A program made the position numbers and the translations under genes. From contig CAVQEY010000004.1 in the NCBI GenBank assembly GCA_963711615.1, positions 38,617-102,616 of the forward strand: a DNA stretch of 64,000 bases, in the 5' to 3' direction. This DNA comes from an uncultured Actinomycetota bacterium. Its GTDB lineage: Bacteria; Actinomycetota; Actinomycetes; Propionibacteriales; Nocardioidaceae. The notes under the pieces were generated by a model. That model saw only the letters and a program-made list of their open reading frames with translations, was not told the DNA's origin and made no database searches. Shown piece by piece: positions 1 through 9,881 of the stretch. Positions within the stretch are counted from its first letter, which is position 1. The number at the start of each line of letters is the position of its first letter.

Positions 1-2
1 AG

Positions 3-950
3 CCGGGATTTCGCGCGAGTCGCCGCAAGTACGGCGAGTACCCCACGCGTGACGAGTGGATCCGGTACCTCGAGGACTATGCCGCCCACCACCAGCTCGA
101 CGTGCGGTTCAACACCGCGGTCCAGCGAATCGATCGCGTCGATGACCACTGGCAGGTGCACTGCGACGACGGCGTCATCGACGCACCCACGGTGGTGATG
201 GCGACCGGCTTCGACCACGATCCTTACCTGCCCGACTGGCCCGGTCAGGAGTCGTTCACCGGTGACCTGATCCACGCCAGCGCCTACGTCGACCCGACGC
301 CGTACGAGGGCAAGGACGTCCTCGTCGTGGGTCCGGGCGTCACCGGCACCGAGCTGGCCTTCCACCTGATCGAGGGAGGGGCAACCCGGGTCCGTGTCTC
401 CTCGCGCACGCCACCGCACTTCTATCAACGCAAGTGGCTGGGCGTCCCCATGCAGATCCTCGGTATCCCGCTCAACCACCTTCCTCTGCGCGTGGCCGAC
501 GAGATGGCATGGTCGACCGAGCGTCGGATCTTCGGGGACCTGGCTCCCTACGGACTACCTCGCCCTCCGGTCGGCACCGCGACCCAGCTGGAGAAGCACC
601 AGCAGGCGCCGGCCTGTGACGACGGGTTCGTGACAGCGCTCAGGGCCGGCCGCATCACCGTCGTCGCGGCCGTCGAAGGATTCGACGGCAACGACATCCT
701 GCTCGCCGACGGATCACGCACTCAAGCCGACTCCGTCATCGCGGCGACCGGCTACACCCGTGGGCTCGGCCCCGTGGTGGGCCACCTCGGCGTGCTCGAC
801 GAGCGCGACACTCCGCTCGCCCACGGCAAGTCACTCCCGCATGCGCCCGGCCTCTACTTCGCCGGATACCGCGGTGACCTCTCCGGCCAGCTGCGCCTGA
901 TGAAGTTCCACGCTCGCTCGATCGCCAAGGAGTTCACCAACGGCCGCTGA
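3..950 (+). CDS. Flavin-containing monooxygenase (FMO/BVMO-like), 5'-truncated by the window edge
   Basis: Frame is open from base 3 (PGFRASRRKYGEYPTRDEWIRYLEDY...). Contains ATG..HDP.LPDWPG, FxGxxxHxxxY-like 'FTGDLIHASAY', second Rossmann motif GxGxTG and IAATGY. Confidence 0.85.
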   Translation, partial: PGFRASRRKYGEYPTRDEWIRYLEDYAAHHQLDVRFNTAVQRIDRVDDHWQVHCDDGVIDAPTVVMATGFDHDPYLPDWPGQESFTGDLIHASAYVDPTPYEGKDVLVVGPGVTGTELAFHLIEGGATRVRVSSRTPPHFYQRKWLGVPMQILGIPLNHLPLRVADEMAWSTERRIFGDLAPYGLPRPPVGTATQLEKHQQAPACDDGFVTALRAGRITVVAAVEGFDGNDILLADGSRTQADSVIAATGYTRGLGPVVGHLGVLDERDTPLAHGKSLPHAPGLYFAGYRGDLSGQLRLMKFHARSIAKEFTNGR

Positions 951-1791
951 TCTCGCCCCCGTGCCAGTTCTCCACCAGCCAGCGTGAGATCGACACGATC
1001 GGTGGGAGCAGCAGGTCCTCCGACGCGGTCATCTCGGTGATCTCGGCCCGGGTGAACCAGCGCGCCTCCGCGATCTCGGCCTGGTCGACGGTGATCTCGT
1101 CGGTGAGGGCCGTGCCGTAGAAGCCGAGCATGAGGCTGGACGGGAACGGCCACGGCTGGCTGCCGGCGAACTCCACTTCGCCCACCTCGATGCCGACCTC
1201 CTCCATCACCTCGCGGCGCACGGCGTCGGGCAGCGACTCTCCCGGCTCGACGAAGCCGGCCAGGGTCGAGAAGCGGCGCTCCGGCCAGCTCGGCTGCCGT
1301 CCGAGCAGGGCGCGGTCGTCGCCGTCGGTGATGAGCATGATGACGGCCGGATCGGTGCGCGGGAAGTGGGTGGCCCCGCACGCCGGGCACTCCCGGGTGT
1401 GGCCCGCCTGCGCGACGTCGGTGGGTGACCCGCAGCGGGCGCAGAAGCGGTGGGTCTGGTGCCAGCGGGAGAGCCCGACGGCGTGCACGGCGAGTGACGC
1501 GTCCTCGGCCGCGACCGTCGGGCCGAGCATGCGCAGACTCACCGGCTGCAAGGACTGGTCGACCCGGTCGACCACGACGGCCCCGTAACCGTGGCCGTCA
1601 CGGATGCCGAGGAACAGCCACTCCCCGTCGGGCGCATCGTCGGCGTCGACCCAGCGGATGCCCGAGCCGTCGACCGACGCGACGTGCTCACCGCCCACCA
1701 CCATGACCTTCAGGTCAGGAGTGCGCCAGCTGCCGTTGGCACGCAGATGGGCCGCACGGTCGTGCTGCGTGCGGTAGAACGCGAAGTCCAC
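934..1791 (-). CDS. nudC: NADH pyrophosphatase (Nudix, zinc ribbon)
   Basis: CARCG...CPACG zinc ribbon, FPRTDPAVI, Nudix box GFVEPGESLPDAVRREVMEEVG, SQPWPFP motif. Start placed at GTG 1791, just downstream of the adnB stop. Confidence 0.92.
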   Translation of the reverse strand: MDFAFYRTQHDRAAHLRANGSWRTPDLKVMVVGGEHVASVDGSGIRWVDADDAPDGEWLFLGIRDGHGYGAVVVDRVDQSLQPVSLRMLGPTVAAEDASLAVHAVGLSRWHQTHRFCARCGSPTDVAQAGHTRECPACGATHFPRTDPAVIMLITDGDDRALLGRQPSWPERRFSTLAGFVEPGESLPDAVRREVMEEVGIEVGEVEFAGSQPWPFPSSLMLGFYGTALTDEITVDQAEIAEARWFTRAEITEMTASEDLLLPPIVSISRWLVENWHGGEISGRW

Positions 1792-1807
1792 GGTGTCAGG
1801 GTAGGGG

Positions 1808-4800
1808 TCAGGGTTGGGTATGGAGCCCGAGAGCCTGCTCGAGTCCGGCGCGGTCGAGCAGCTCGTCCGCGCCGGGCCGGACTGTCTCGCCGAGCCGGAC
1901 GTAGTAGAACGCCGCCGAGACCCGGTCGAGGTCGACGCCCATGAGCTCGGCCCAGGCCAGCCGGTAGATCGAGAGCTGGAGCGGATCGGCATTCGCCTTC
2001 TCGTTCGTCTTCCAGTCGACGACCTCGTAGCGCTTGCCGCCGTCGGTGTCAGTGGTGGAGAACACCGCGTCGATGCGACCGCCGAACTGCTGACCGCCGA
2101 GGACGAGCGAGAACGGCGCCTCGATCTGCTCCGGCGTACGCGCGGCGAACTCTGACGCAAGGAACGTCTCCTTGAGGCGCTCCAGCTCGGTGTCGTTGTC
2201 GATGCCGGCATCACCGCGGCCGGGCAGGTCGGTGGGGTCGAACAGGCCCACCATGCCGTAGTGGTCCTCGATCCAGGCGTGGAACCGGGTACCGAACCGT
2301 GCCGCCGACGACGGACGTCGCGGCATCGGCCGGGCCAGGCTGCGCGCGAACTCCTCCGGATCCTTCGTCAGAGCCAGCGCCGAGGTGGCCGACATCCTGG
2401 ACGGCCATGGCACGAGACGGACGTCCTGGACGCTCTCGGCGGCCTCGACCGCCAGGAGCTCGAGGTCGTGCTCGAGGGCGGCCAGGCGGTCGAGCTCGGC
2501 CTCGTCCGCCGTGGACGCCTCGGGAACGTCGAGCCGCCCCTCGAGAGCCGCCCGGACGTCGGCGGCCAGAGCACGCCGGCCGTCGAGTCCGGGCCCTGCT
2601 GCCGGCCAGGCGATGCCGTCGGCCTCGACCAGATGCGGATTGGTGGACTCCTGTTCCGGCGGATCGGCCCAGTGGATCGGCTCGATGCCCCGCTCCCCGA
2701 GCCATTCGCGGGTGGTGATGAGGAACTCCGACGGCCCGAGCGGCTTCTGCTGGGTGCGTCCCCAGTAGTGACCGGTGACGGTGAGCCGCCGCGCCGCCCG
2801 GGTGAACGCGACGTAGGCCAGTCGTCGTTCCTCCATCAGGGCGTCCTCGCGGTCGGCCTGCTCGTAGACCTTCTTCGCCGCGGCCGTCCACTCCGCGAGG
2901 GCGGGCAGGCTGTCGGCGTCGCCGCGCAGCGGACCCGGGAGCGTCTGGGCACTGGAGATCCATCGTGACCGTCCGCGCCCCGACGGGAAGATCGTGCGCG
3001 AGACGAGCGGGACGAAGACCGTGGGCCACTCCAGACCCTTGGCCCGGTGGATGGTGAGCAGCTTGACGGAGTCGGACTCCGACGGCGTGGAGACCTCCAT
3101 GCCACCGGCGTAGAAGCGCTCGGCGTCGAGATAGGCGACCAGCCCGGACAGCGAGGCGTACCGATCGGTGTGGGAGTAGTCGGCGATGGCCTCGAGCAGC
3201 AGGGCGATGTTGTCGGCGCCACCCGCGACGTCGCCCGCGGCCAGCTCGAGATCGAGGTCGAGGGCGCGCACTCCCCGGCGGGCGAGGTCGAGCAGCGGAT
3301 CTCCGACGTGGGCGCGCACCGAGGAGACGAGGCGGGAGATCTCCAGGAACCGCGCCAGTGCCTCAGCGGAGAACGGCAGCTCGTCGCCAGGATCGTCGAC
3401 CGCGTCGGCGAGCGAGACGATCTCGGACGGGTCGGTGCCCTCCACGGCGCGTCGCAGCTCGGCCTCGAGCGTCGAGTCGTCGTCGCGGCCGGGCAACCGG
3501 CTGGTGAGCGTGGACGCACGTCGGCCGAGGAGGGCGAGGTCGCGGGGGCCGATGCGCCAGCGTGGGCCGGTGAGCAGCCGCAGCATCGCCGGATTGGCCG
3601 TGACGTCCTCGACGACCTCGAGCAGGGCCAGGAGGTCGAGCACCTCCGGCTGCGAGAGCAGGCCTTCGAGACCGACGATCTCGAAAGGGACATGCGCCTC
3701 GCGGAGTGCCTGGACGATGGCCCCGTTCTCGCGCGCGACCCGCACGAGGATCGCGATGTCGCGCCGGGGTCCGGGCGTGGCGGTGATGGCGTCGATCATC
3801 GCGGTGATCTCGGCGTCGATGGTGTCGTAGAGGCCCACGACGACGCGGCCGCCCGGCGCCGTGGCCGACGCGAGGGGTTGCACCGCCTCGGACGTGGCGT
3901 AGAACGGTGCGGCGATGTGGTTGGCGGCGTCGATGATCTCGGGTGCACAGCGTCGCGTCTCGGTGAGGCTGTACTGACGACCCCGGCTGCCGTCGGCGCG
4001 CGGGAAGTCGTCGAGGAAGTTCTCGAGGTTGCCGACCGCGGCGCCGCGCCAGCCGTAGATGGCCTGCGCGGGGTCGCCGACCGCGGTGACCGGGAAGCCT
4101 CGACCGTTCTCGGCGTCGGGACCGGAGAAGAGCGCCTGCAGCAGGTCGCGCTGCGCCACCGACGTGTCTTGGTACTCGTCGAGCAGGACGATGCCGAACC
4201 GCTCACGCAACACGGCACCCACCTCGGGCAGGAGCGCGAGCCTGGCGCCCCAGGCCATCTGGTCGGAGAAGTCCATCACTCCGTCGTGGGCCTTGCCGGC
4301 GCGGTAGCGGTCGACCAGATGGCTCAGCTCGATGCGCTTGTGCGCCGTGGACGCGGCATCGCGCAGCACGGCCGGCGGCTTGGCGGCCGAGAGGAACTCG
4401 CGGATGACCTCCTCGTCGTGGGCCCGCATGACCTCCGGCTCCACCAGGTGCTCGGACAGCTGGGCGTCGAGGCTCATCGCCTGCGAGACCAGGCTCGGCA
4501 CGTGGGTGGTGACGTCGCGCAGCTCGTCGGGGAACGACTCGATCGCCCGGGCCATGCGCTGGAAGCGGGACGCGTCCGTGACGAGACGCAGGTCGGGCTC
4601 GACGCCGAGGCGAAGGCCGTGCTCGGTGATGAGTGAACCGGCGAATGCGTGGTACGTGGACGTGGTGGGGTCGCCGTCCGCGTCGGCACCGAGCAGCTGC
4701 AGGCTCGCCCGGATGCGCTGCCCGAGCTCGGCCGCCGCCTTGTTGGTGAACGTCAGCCCGAGCACCTGCTCCGGGGGCACGCCGAGGTGACCGACCAGCC

Positions 4801-4960
4801 AGACGACGCGAGCCGCCATGACCGACGTCTTGCCGGACCCCGCGCCGGCGATGATCACACCCGGCTGGTCGAGGCCGGCCGTGATCGCCGTGAGCTGCTG
4901 GTCGGTGAAGCCGATGCCGAGCAGCTCGCAGAGCTGCTGCTCGTCGCGGACGGGATTCAT
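1808..4960 (-). CDS. adnB: ATP-dependent helicase-nuclease subunit B (UvrD-like motor plus RecB-family nuclease)
   Basis: AGAGSGKT, TFTNKAA, DEYQD, VGDPAQAIYGWRGA, TIHRAKGLEW, EERRLAYVAFTRA; C-terminal GRIDAVF...VVDWKT nuclease motifs. Paired with the upstream UvrD-like gene next to nudC. Confidence 0.92.
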   Translation of the reverse strand: MNPVRDEQQLCELLGIGFTDQQLTAITAGLDQPGVIIAGAGSGKTSVMAARVVWLVGHLGVPPEQVLGLTFTNKAAAELGQRIRASLQLLGADADGDPTTSTYHAFAGSLITEHGLRLGVEPDLRLVTDASRFQRMARAIESFPDELRDVTTHVPSLVSQAMSLDAQLSEHLVEPEVMRAHDEEVIREFLSAAKPPAVLRDAASTAHKRIELSHLVDRYRAGKAHDGVMDFSDQMAWGARLALLPEVGAVLRERFGIVLLDEYQDTSVAQRDLLQALFSGPDAENGRGFPVTAVGDPAQAIYGWRGAAVGNLENFLDDFPRADGSRGRQYSLTETRRCAPEIIDAANHIAAPFYATSEAVQPLASATAPGGRVVVGLYDTIDAEITAMIDAITATPGPRRDIAILVRVARENGAIVQALREAHVPFEIVGLEGLLSQPEVLDLLALLEVVEDVTANPAMLRLLTGPRWRIGPRDLALLGRRASTLTSRLPGRDDDSTLEAELRRAVEGTDPSEIVSLADAVDDPGDELPFSAEALARFLEISRLVSSVRAHVGDPLLDLARRGVRALDLDLELAAGDVAGGADNIALLLEAIADYSHTDRYASLSGLVAYLDAERFYAGGMEVSTPSESDSVKLLTIHRAKGLEWPTVFVPLVSRTIFPSGRGRSRWISSAQTLPGPLRGDADSLPALAEWTAAAKKVYEQADREDALMEERRLAYVAFTRAARRLTVTGHYWGRTQQKPLGPSEFLITTREWLGERGIEPIHWADPPEQESTNPHLVEADGIAWPAAGPGLDGRRALAADVRAALEGRLDVPEASTADEAELDRLAALEHDLELLAVEAAESVQDVRLVPWPSRMSATSALALTKDPEEFARSLARPMPRRPSSAARFGTRFHAWIEDHYGMVGLFDPTDLPGRGDAGIDNDTELERLKETFLASEFAARTPEQIEAPFSLVLGGQQFGGRIDAVFSTTDTDGGKRYEVVDWKTNEKANADPLQLSIYRLAWAELMGVDLDRVSAAFYYVRLGETVRPGADELLDRAGLEQALGLHTQP

Positions 4961-7900
4961 CGGACCCGGCCCTCCACGAGGATCGTCGCGCCCTCGTCCT
5001 TGGCCGGACAGACCCGCTGGAACTGGCAGTACTGGCAGGACGTGGTCGACGCCGTGGCCACGAAGTCCTCGTCGTGCAGGGCGTGGACGGAGCGCCGGAG
5101 CTGCTCGACGGCGAAGAACGGCTCATCGGGCCGGGGGCCGTCCTGTGCCTGCACCTTGGGGTAGCCGGGCACGCCGGTCTCGTCGTTGCGCAGCTGCACG
5201 AGCTCGGCGCCAGCCGCACCCGCTGCCTCGACACCCGGGAGGCCCGCGGCAGCGCCGTGCTCGACGGCGAGCTGGTAGAAGCCGAGCTGCGGGTGCTCGG
5301 CGATCTCCTTCGCCTGGGGCGGGTTCTTGGACGTCTTGAGGTCGACGACGTGGACGCCGTCGCCGGACAGCTCGACCCGGTCCATGGAGCCGCGCATCAG
5401 CACCTCACGCCCGTCGACGGCGACCGACACCTCGAACTCGTGCTCCGCCGCGAGGACCTCGCGGCCGTGCTCGCGGTGCCAGCGGCTGAACCGCACGATG
5501 GCGTCGACTGCGGCCTCGTGCTCACGCGCGCCGATCCACTCGGCGGGGTGCTCGAGCTGCGACCAGATGCCGTCGAGGTGCAGCGCCAGCTGGTCGGGGT
5601 CGGCGTCGACGCCGGAACGCACCACCTCGGCGGCGATCGCATGGACGATCGACCCGAACCCCTGCGCGGCCGAGCTGCCGCGCTCGCCGCGCGCCTCGCG
5701 GGCGAGGAACCACTTGAGCGGGCACTCCTCCATCGTGGAGACCGCACTGCCGGACAGGGCGAGCGGCTCGTCGGGATCGCGGATCGGGTCCTCGTTGCTG
5801 GTCAGGTCTCGAAGACCCCACCATCGATCGGGGTGCGCGCCGCTCTGGTGGTCGACGGTGCCGGCCAGCACGCCCGCCGCACGCGCCCGCACCGCCGGGC
5901 TCGTGGCGTTCTCACCGATGCGCCGGAGCTCGGCCACCGCACCGCGCAGCGAGAGCGCTCGACGCGGCCGGTTCTCCGCGACCGGGAAGGTGCGCCCCTC
6001 CTGCTCGGTGACGTGGGCGTGCAGCTCGCCGACGAACCGCGACGGCTGGTCGCCGTCGTCGGAACCGGTCGCCACCGCCGTGACGACCAGCCTGGACCGA
6101 GCACGGCTGCAGGCGACGTAGAACAGGCGTCGCTCCTCGGCGACCATCGCGCGAGCAGACGGAAGGTCGCGGAGCTCACCGGGACCCATGCGTTCGACCT
6201 GGAGGAGGCTGCTGCGCCACCGGGTGTCGGGCCACTCGCCGTCCTGGACACCGGCCACGACGACCAGCGGCCACTCCAGCCCCTTGGCCCGGTGCGCCGT
6301 CATGAGCTGCACCGCGCGGGTGGGCGCTACCTGCTGGGCGAGGGTGTCGGCCGGGATCTGCTGGGCCTCGAGCGCGGTCGCGATCTCCACCACCGAGCGG
6401 TGCGCGTGCTGCTCCTCGGCCCGGGCCGCCTCGGCGAACAGGGCACAGAGCGCATCGAGGTCGTGGTCGGCCTGCACGGCGCCGTCGCCACCGGACTCGG
6501 ACAGCTGGCGCAGTCGGCGGGGCCACTCGGTGCCGTCCCACAACGTCCACAGCACCTGTTCGGCGGGCTCGCCGGCAGCGATGGCGTCGGCCGCTCGTCG
6601 CAGGAGCCGGGCCAGCGTTCGCGCGGACTCGACCGCGTCTCCCTCGGGCGTTCCCGGTATGGACACGGTGCCGAGGACCGCCGGATCGGACAGGGCCTCG
6701 GCCACCAGCAGGCGGGATGGCCGAGGCCGGTCGGGCTCGACCTGACGGAGCACGCGCCCGAGTCGTCGCAGGGAGGCGGCGTCTAGGCCGCCCAGCGGTC
6801 CGGTGAGCAGCGCGGCCGCGGCGGCGGGATCGATCGCCCGGCCGGCGCGGAGGTCGTCGGCGGCATGCAAGGCGGCCAGGAGCGTGCGAACGGACGGCTC
6901 GAGCGCCAGCGGGACCTCGTCGCCCGCCACCTCGACAGGCACACCGGCCGCACCGAGCGCCCGCTGCAGGCGATCGAGGTGCGCGCCCGAGCGCACGAGC
7001 ACCGCCATGTCGGTCCAGGGCACGTCGTCGTGCAGGTGGGCCTCGCGCAGGGTGAGGGCGACGTGCTCGACCTCGGCGGTCGGCGACACGAACGTGCGGA
7101 CCTCGACCGTGCCGGAGTCGTCGACTCGTGAGACCGGCGAGCGCAGGGCCTCGTAGGCGCTGCCGTCGACAGGACCGAGAGCGCCGCGGTTGTGCACGAC
7201 GGACCGGACCGCCGCGCCGATCGTGGGCCCGTAGCGATGGGTGTGCCGCAGGACGACGACCGGAGCGGGACCACCGGCCACGCCGAACTCGTCCTGGAAG
7301 TCGAGGATGCCCCGGACGTCGGCGCCCCGGAACCCGTAGATGGACTGGTACGGATCGCCGACGGCCACGAGGTCGCGCCCATCGCCCGCCAGCGCCCGGA
7401 GGAACCGCACCTGGAGCGGGTCGGTGTCCTGGTACTCGTCGACGACCACGAGCCGGAATCGATTGCGCCAGCGCTCGCGTGTGTCAGCGTGGCCGAGCAG
7501 GCGCACGGCCTGGAAGATCATGTCGGTGTGGTCGATGGTGTTCTCGAGCGCAGCGACCGACGTGTACTCGTCGAAGAAGCGCCCGGCGCTCTGCCAGTCG
7601 TCACGATCGAGATGACGACCGATGGTCTCGACGTCGACCGAGTCCATGCCCAGCGCCCGCGCCGATGCCATCAGCCTCTGCAGCTCCGTGGCCAGCCCGC
7701 GGGTGTGCAGGGCGCCGCGGAGCTCGCGTGGCCAGTCCATGGGGTCGCCGCTGCGCAGCAGCTCCGCGATGGCCGCATCCTGCTCCGGGGCGCTGAGCAG
7801 GCGCATCGGGTTCGTGAACGCCTCGGACGCCTGTTCGTGGCGCAGCAGCGCGTAGCAGAACGCGTGGAACGTCATGGCCGGGGTGGCTGAAGTGGTGCGG

Positions 7901-8178
7901 GCGAGACGCCGCGCGATACGACCGCGAACCTCGTCGGCGGCCTTGCGGCTGAACGTCAGCACGAGCACCTGCTCCGGGCTGAGCCGCTCCCGCTCGATCC
8001 GCTCGACGACGGTCTCGACCACGGTTGTGGTCTTGCCGGTGCCGGGCCCGGCCAGCACCAGCAGCGGCCCACGGTCCGGCGTCGCTCCGTGCTCGACCAC
8101 GGCGCGCTGCTCGTCGTCGAGGGCAGGTGCGACCGCGAGGTCGCGGGCAGCCGGCGGCTGCAGGACGTACTCGGGCAT
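4957..8178 (-). CDS. adnA: ATP-dependent helicase-nuclease subunit A
   Basis: AGPGTGKT, VDEYQD, TAHRAKGLEW, EERRLFYVACSRA; RecB nuclease GSMDRVE...VVDLKT; four Cys (ECP ... CQYC ... CP) consistent with an Fe-S staple. Overlaps adnB by 4 nt. Confidence 0.92.
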   Translation of the reverse strand: MPEYVLQPPAARDLAVAPALDDEQRAVVEHGATPDRGPLLVLAGPGTGKTTTVVETVVERIERERLSPEQVLVLTFSRKAADEVRGRIARRLARTTSATPAMTFHAFCYALLRHEQASEAFTNPMRLLSAPEQDAAIAELLRSGDPMDWPRELRGALHTRGLATELQRLMASARALGMDSVDVETIGRHLDRDDWQSAGRFFDEYTSVAALENTIDHTDMIFQAVRLLGHADTRERWRNRFRLVVVDEYQDTDPLQVRFLRALAGDGRDLVAVGDPYQSIYGFRGADVRGILDFQDEFGVAGGPAPVVVLRHTHRYGPTIGAAVRSVVHNRGALGPVDGSAYEALRSPVSRVDDSGTVEVRTFVSPTAEVEHVALTLREAHLHDDVPWTDMAVLVRSGAHLDRLQRALGAAGVPVEVAGDEVPLALEPSVRTLLAALHAADDLRAGRAIDPAAAAALLTGPLGGLDAASLRRLGRVLRQVEPDRPRPSRLLVAEALSDPAVLGTVSIPGTPEGDAVESARTLARLLRRAADAIAAGEPAEQVLWTLWDGTEWPRRLRQLSESGGDGAVQADHDLDALCALFAEAARAEEQHAHRSVVEIATALEAQQIPADTLAQQVAPTRAVQLMTAHRAKGLEWPLVVVAGVQDGEWPDTRWRSSLLQVERMGPGELRDLPSARAMVAEERRLFYVACSRARSRLVVTAVATGSDDGDQPSRFVGELHAHVTEQEGRTFPVAENRPRRALSLRGAVAELRRIGENATSPAVRARAAGVLAGTVDHQSGAHPDRWWGLRDLTSNEDPIRDPDEPLALSGSAVSTMEECPLKWFLAREARGERGSSAAQGFGSIVHAIAAEVVRSGVDADPDQLALHLDGIWSQLEHPAEWIGAREHEAAVDAIVRFSRWHREHGREVLAAEHEFEVSVAVDGREVLMRGSMDRVELSGDGVHVVDLKTSKNPPQAKEIAEHPQLGFYQLAVEHGAAAGLPGVEAAGAAGAELVQLRNDETGVPGYPKVQAQDGPRPDEPFFAVEQLRRSVHALHDEDFVATASTTSCQYCQFQRVCPAKDEGATILVEGRVR

Positions 8179-8290
8179 GGGCCCATCTCAGCAGACGCTC
8201 CGGACACCCGTGAGCGCTGCCGCGAAATCGCCCGGTTGCCGCTCCGACGGACTCGGCATACGTTGTCGGATGAATCTTGGGGGCTATCCG

Positions 8291-9835
8291 ATGAGCGTCG
8301 AAATCACTGCACCGATGCACGACCGGTTCGACGAGATCCTCACCGACGACGCCTTGACGTTCCTCGAGCGTCTGCACCGCGAGCTCGAGCCGCGTCGGCG
8401 CGAGCTGCTCGAATCCCGCACGCGACGCTTCGAGGAGCTGTCCCACGGCGGCACCCTGCACTTCCTCGACGAGACCAAGGACATCCGTGAGAGCGACTGG
8501 CAGGTCGCCGAACCGGCACCCGGCCTTCGCGACCGTCGCGCCGAGATCACGGGTCCCACCGACGCCAAGATGGCGATCAACGCGCTGAACTCCGGAGCCA
8601 AGGTGTGGCTGGCCGACCACGAGGACGCCAACACCCCGTTGTGGGAGAACATGATCAACGGCCAGCTCAACCTCCGAGACGCGGTCGCCGGAACGCTGGA
8701 GCTCACCACGCCCGAGGGCAAGCAGTACTCCCTCCACGACGAGACCGCGACGATCGTCATGAGGCCACGTGGCTGGCACCTCACCGAGAAGCACGTGCTC
8801 GTCGACGGCGACCGCATGTCGGGAAGCCTGTTCGACTTCGGGCTCTACTTCTTCCACTGCGCCCAGGCCCAGCTCGACCGCGGATCGGGCCCCTACTTCT
8901 ACCTTCCGAAGATCGAGAGCCACCTCGAGGCGCGGCTCTGGAACGACGCCTTCGTGCTGGCCCAGGACCACGTCGGGCTCCCGCAGGGCACCATCCGCGC
9001 CACCGTGCTGATCGAGACGTACCCCGCCGCGTTCGAGATGGAGGAGATCCTCTACGAGCTCCGCGACCACTCGGCCGGGCTCAACGCCGGCCGGTGGGAC
9101 TACATGTTCAGCGTCATCAAGAACTTCCGCGACCGAGGCACGGACTTCCTGCTCCCCGACCGCAACTCGGTGACGATGACCGTCCCGTTCATGCGGGCCT
9201 ACACCGAGCTGCTCGTGCGCACCTGCCACCAGCGCGGCGCGCACGCCATCGGCGGGATGGCGGCCTTCATCCCCAGCAAGGACGAGGACATCAACCGGCA
9301 GGCGTTCGACAAGGTGCGCGACGACAAGACCCGCGAGGCCGGCGACGGCTTCGACGGCTCGTGGGTCGCGCACCCCGGCATGGTCGAGCTGTGCACGGAG
9401 GTGTTCACGTCGGTCCTCGGCGACGACCCCGACCAGCGCCATCGAACCCGCGACGACGTGGACGTCACGGCCGAGCAGCTGCTCGACGTCGCGAGCACGC
9501 CGGGTGAGGTCACCGAAGCCGGGCTGCGGTCGAACATCAGCGTCGGCATCCAGTACCTCGACTCCTGGCTGCGCGGCACCGGCGCAGTCGGCATCAACAA
9601 CCTGATGGAGGATGCCGCAACGGCGGAGATCTCCCGCTCCCAGGTGTGGCAGTGGCTGCACGCGGGCGTGTCGCTCGCCGACGGCCAGCAGGTGACCCGC
9701 GAGCTCGTCGAGCGGCTGATCGACGAGGAGACCGAAGGCCGTGAGTCCGACGCCCGCGCGCTCTTCACGGAGATGGCACTGGCCGAGCACTACGAGGACT
9801 TCCTGACCATCCCGGCGTACGAACGAATGCCCTGA
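8291..9835 (+). CDS. aceB: Malate synthase A
   Basis: EITGPTDAKMAINALNSGAKVWLADHED, RPRGWHL, YFYLPKIESHLEARLWND, GLNAGRWDYMFS, NLMEDAATAEISRSQVWQW. Confidence 0.95.
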   Translation: MSVEITAPMHDRFDEILTDDALTFLERLHRELEPRRRELLESRTRRFEELSHGGTLHFLDETKDIRESDWQVAEPAPGLRDRRAEITGPTDAKMAINALNSGAKVWLADHEDANTPLWENMINGQLNLRDAVAGTLELTTPEGKQYSLHDETATIVMRPRGWHLTEKHVLVDGDRMSGSLFDFGLYFFHCAQAQLDRGSGPYFYLPKIESHLEARLWNDAFVLAQDHVGLPQGTIRATVLIETYPAAFEMEEILYELRDHSAGLNAGRWDYMFSVIKNFRDRGTDFLLPDRNSVTMTVPFMRAYTELLVRTCHQRGAHAIGGMAAFIPSKDEDINRQAFDKVRDDKTREAGDGFDGSWVAHPGMVELCTEVFTSVLGDDPDQRHRTRDDVDVTAEQLLDVASTPGEVTEAGLRSNISVGIQYLDSWLRGTGAVGINNLMEDAATAEISRSQVWQWLHAGVSLADGQQVTRELVERLIDEETEGRESDARALFTEMALAEHYEDFLTIPAYERMP

Positions 9836-9881
9836 CCAGACAACAGAGCTCAGAGAACGGAAGATTCTAGGAGGTCCGACC

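Noticed and set aside
1808-8178. Tandem helicase-nucleases as a novel defence system
   Set aside because: Motifs and the nudC-adjacent context match the known AdnAB double-strand-break repair complex.
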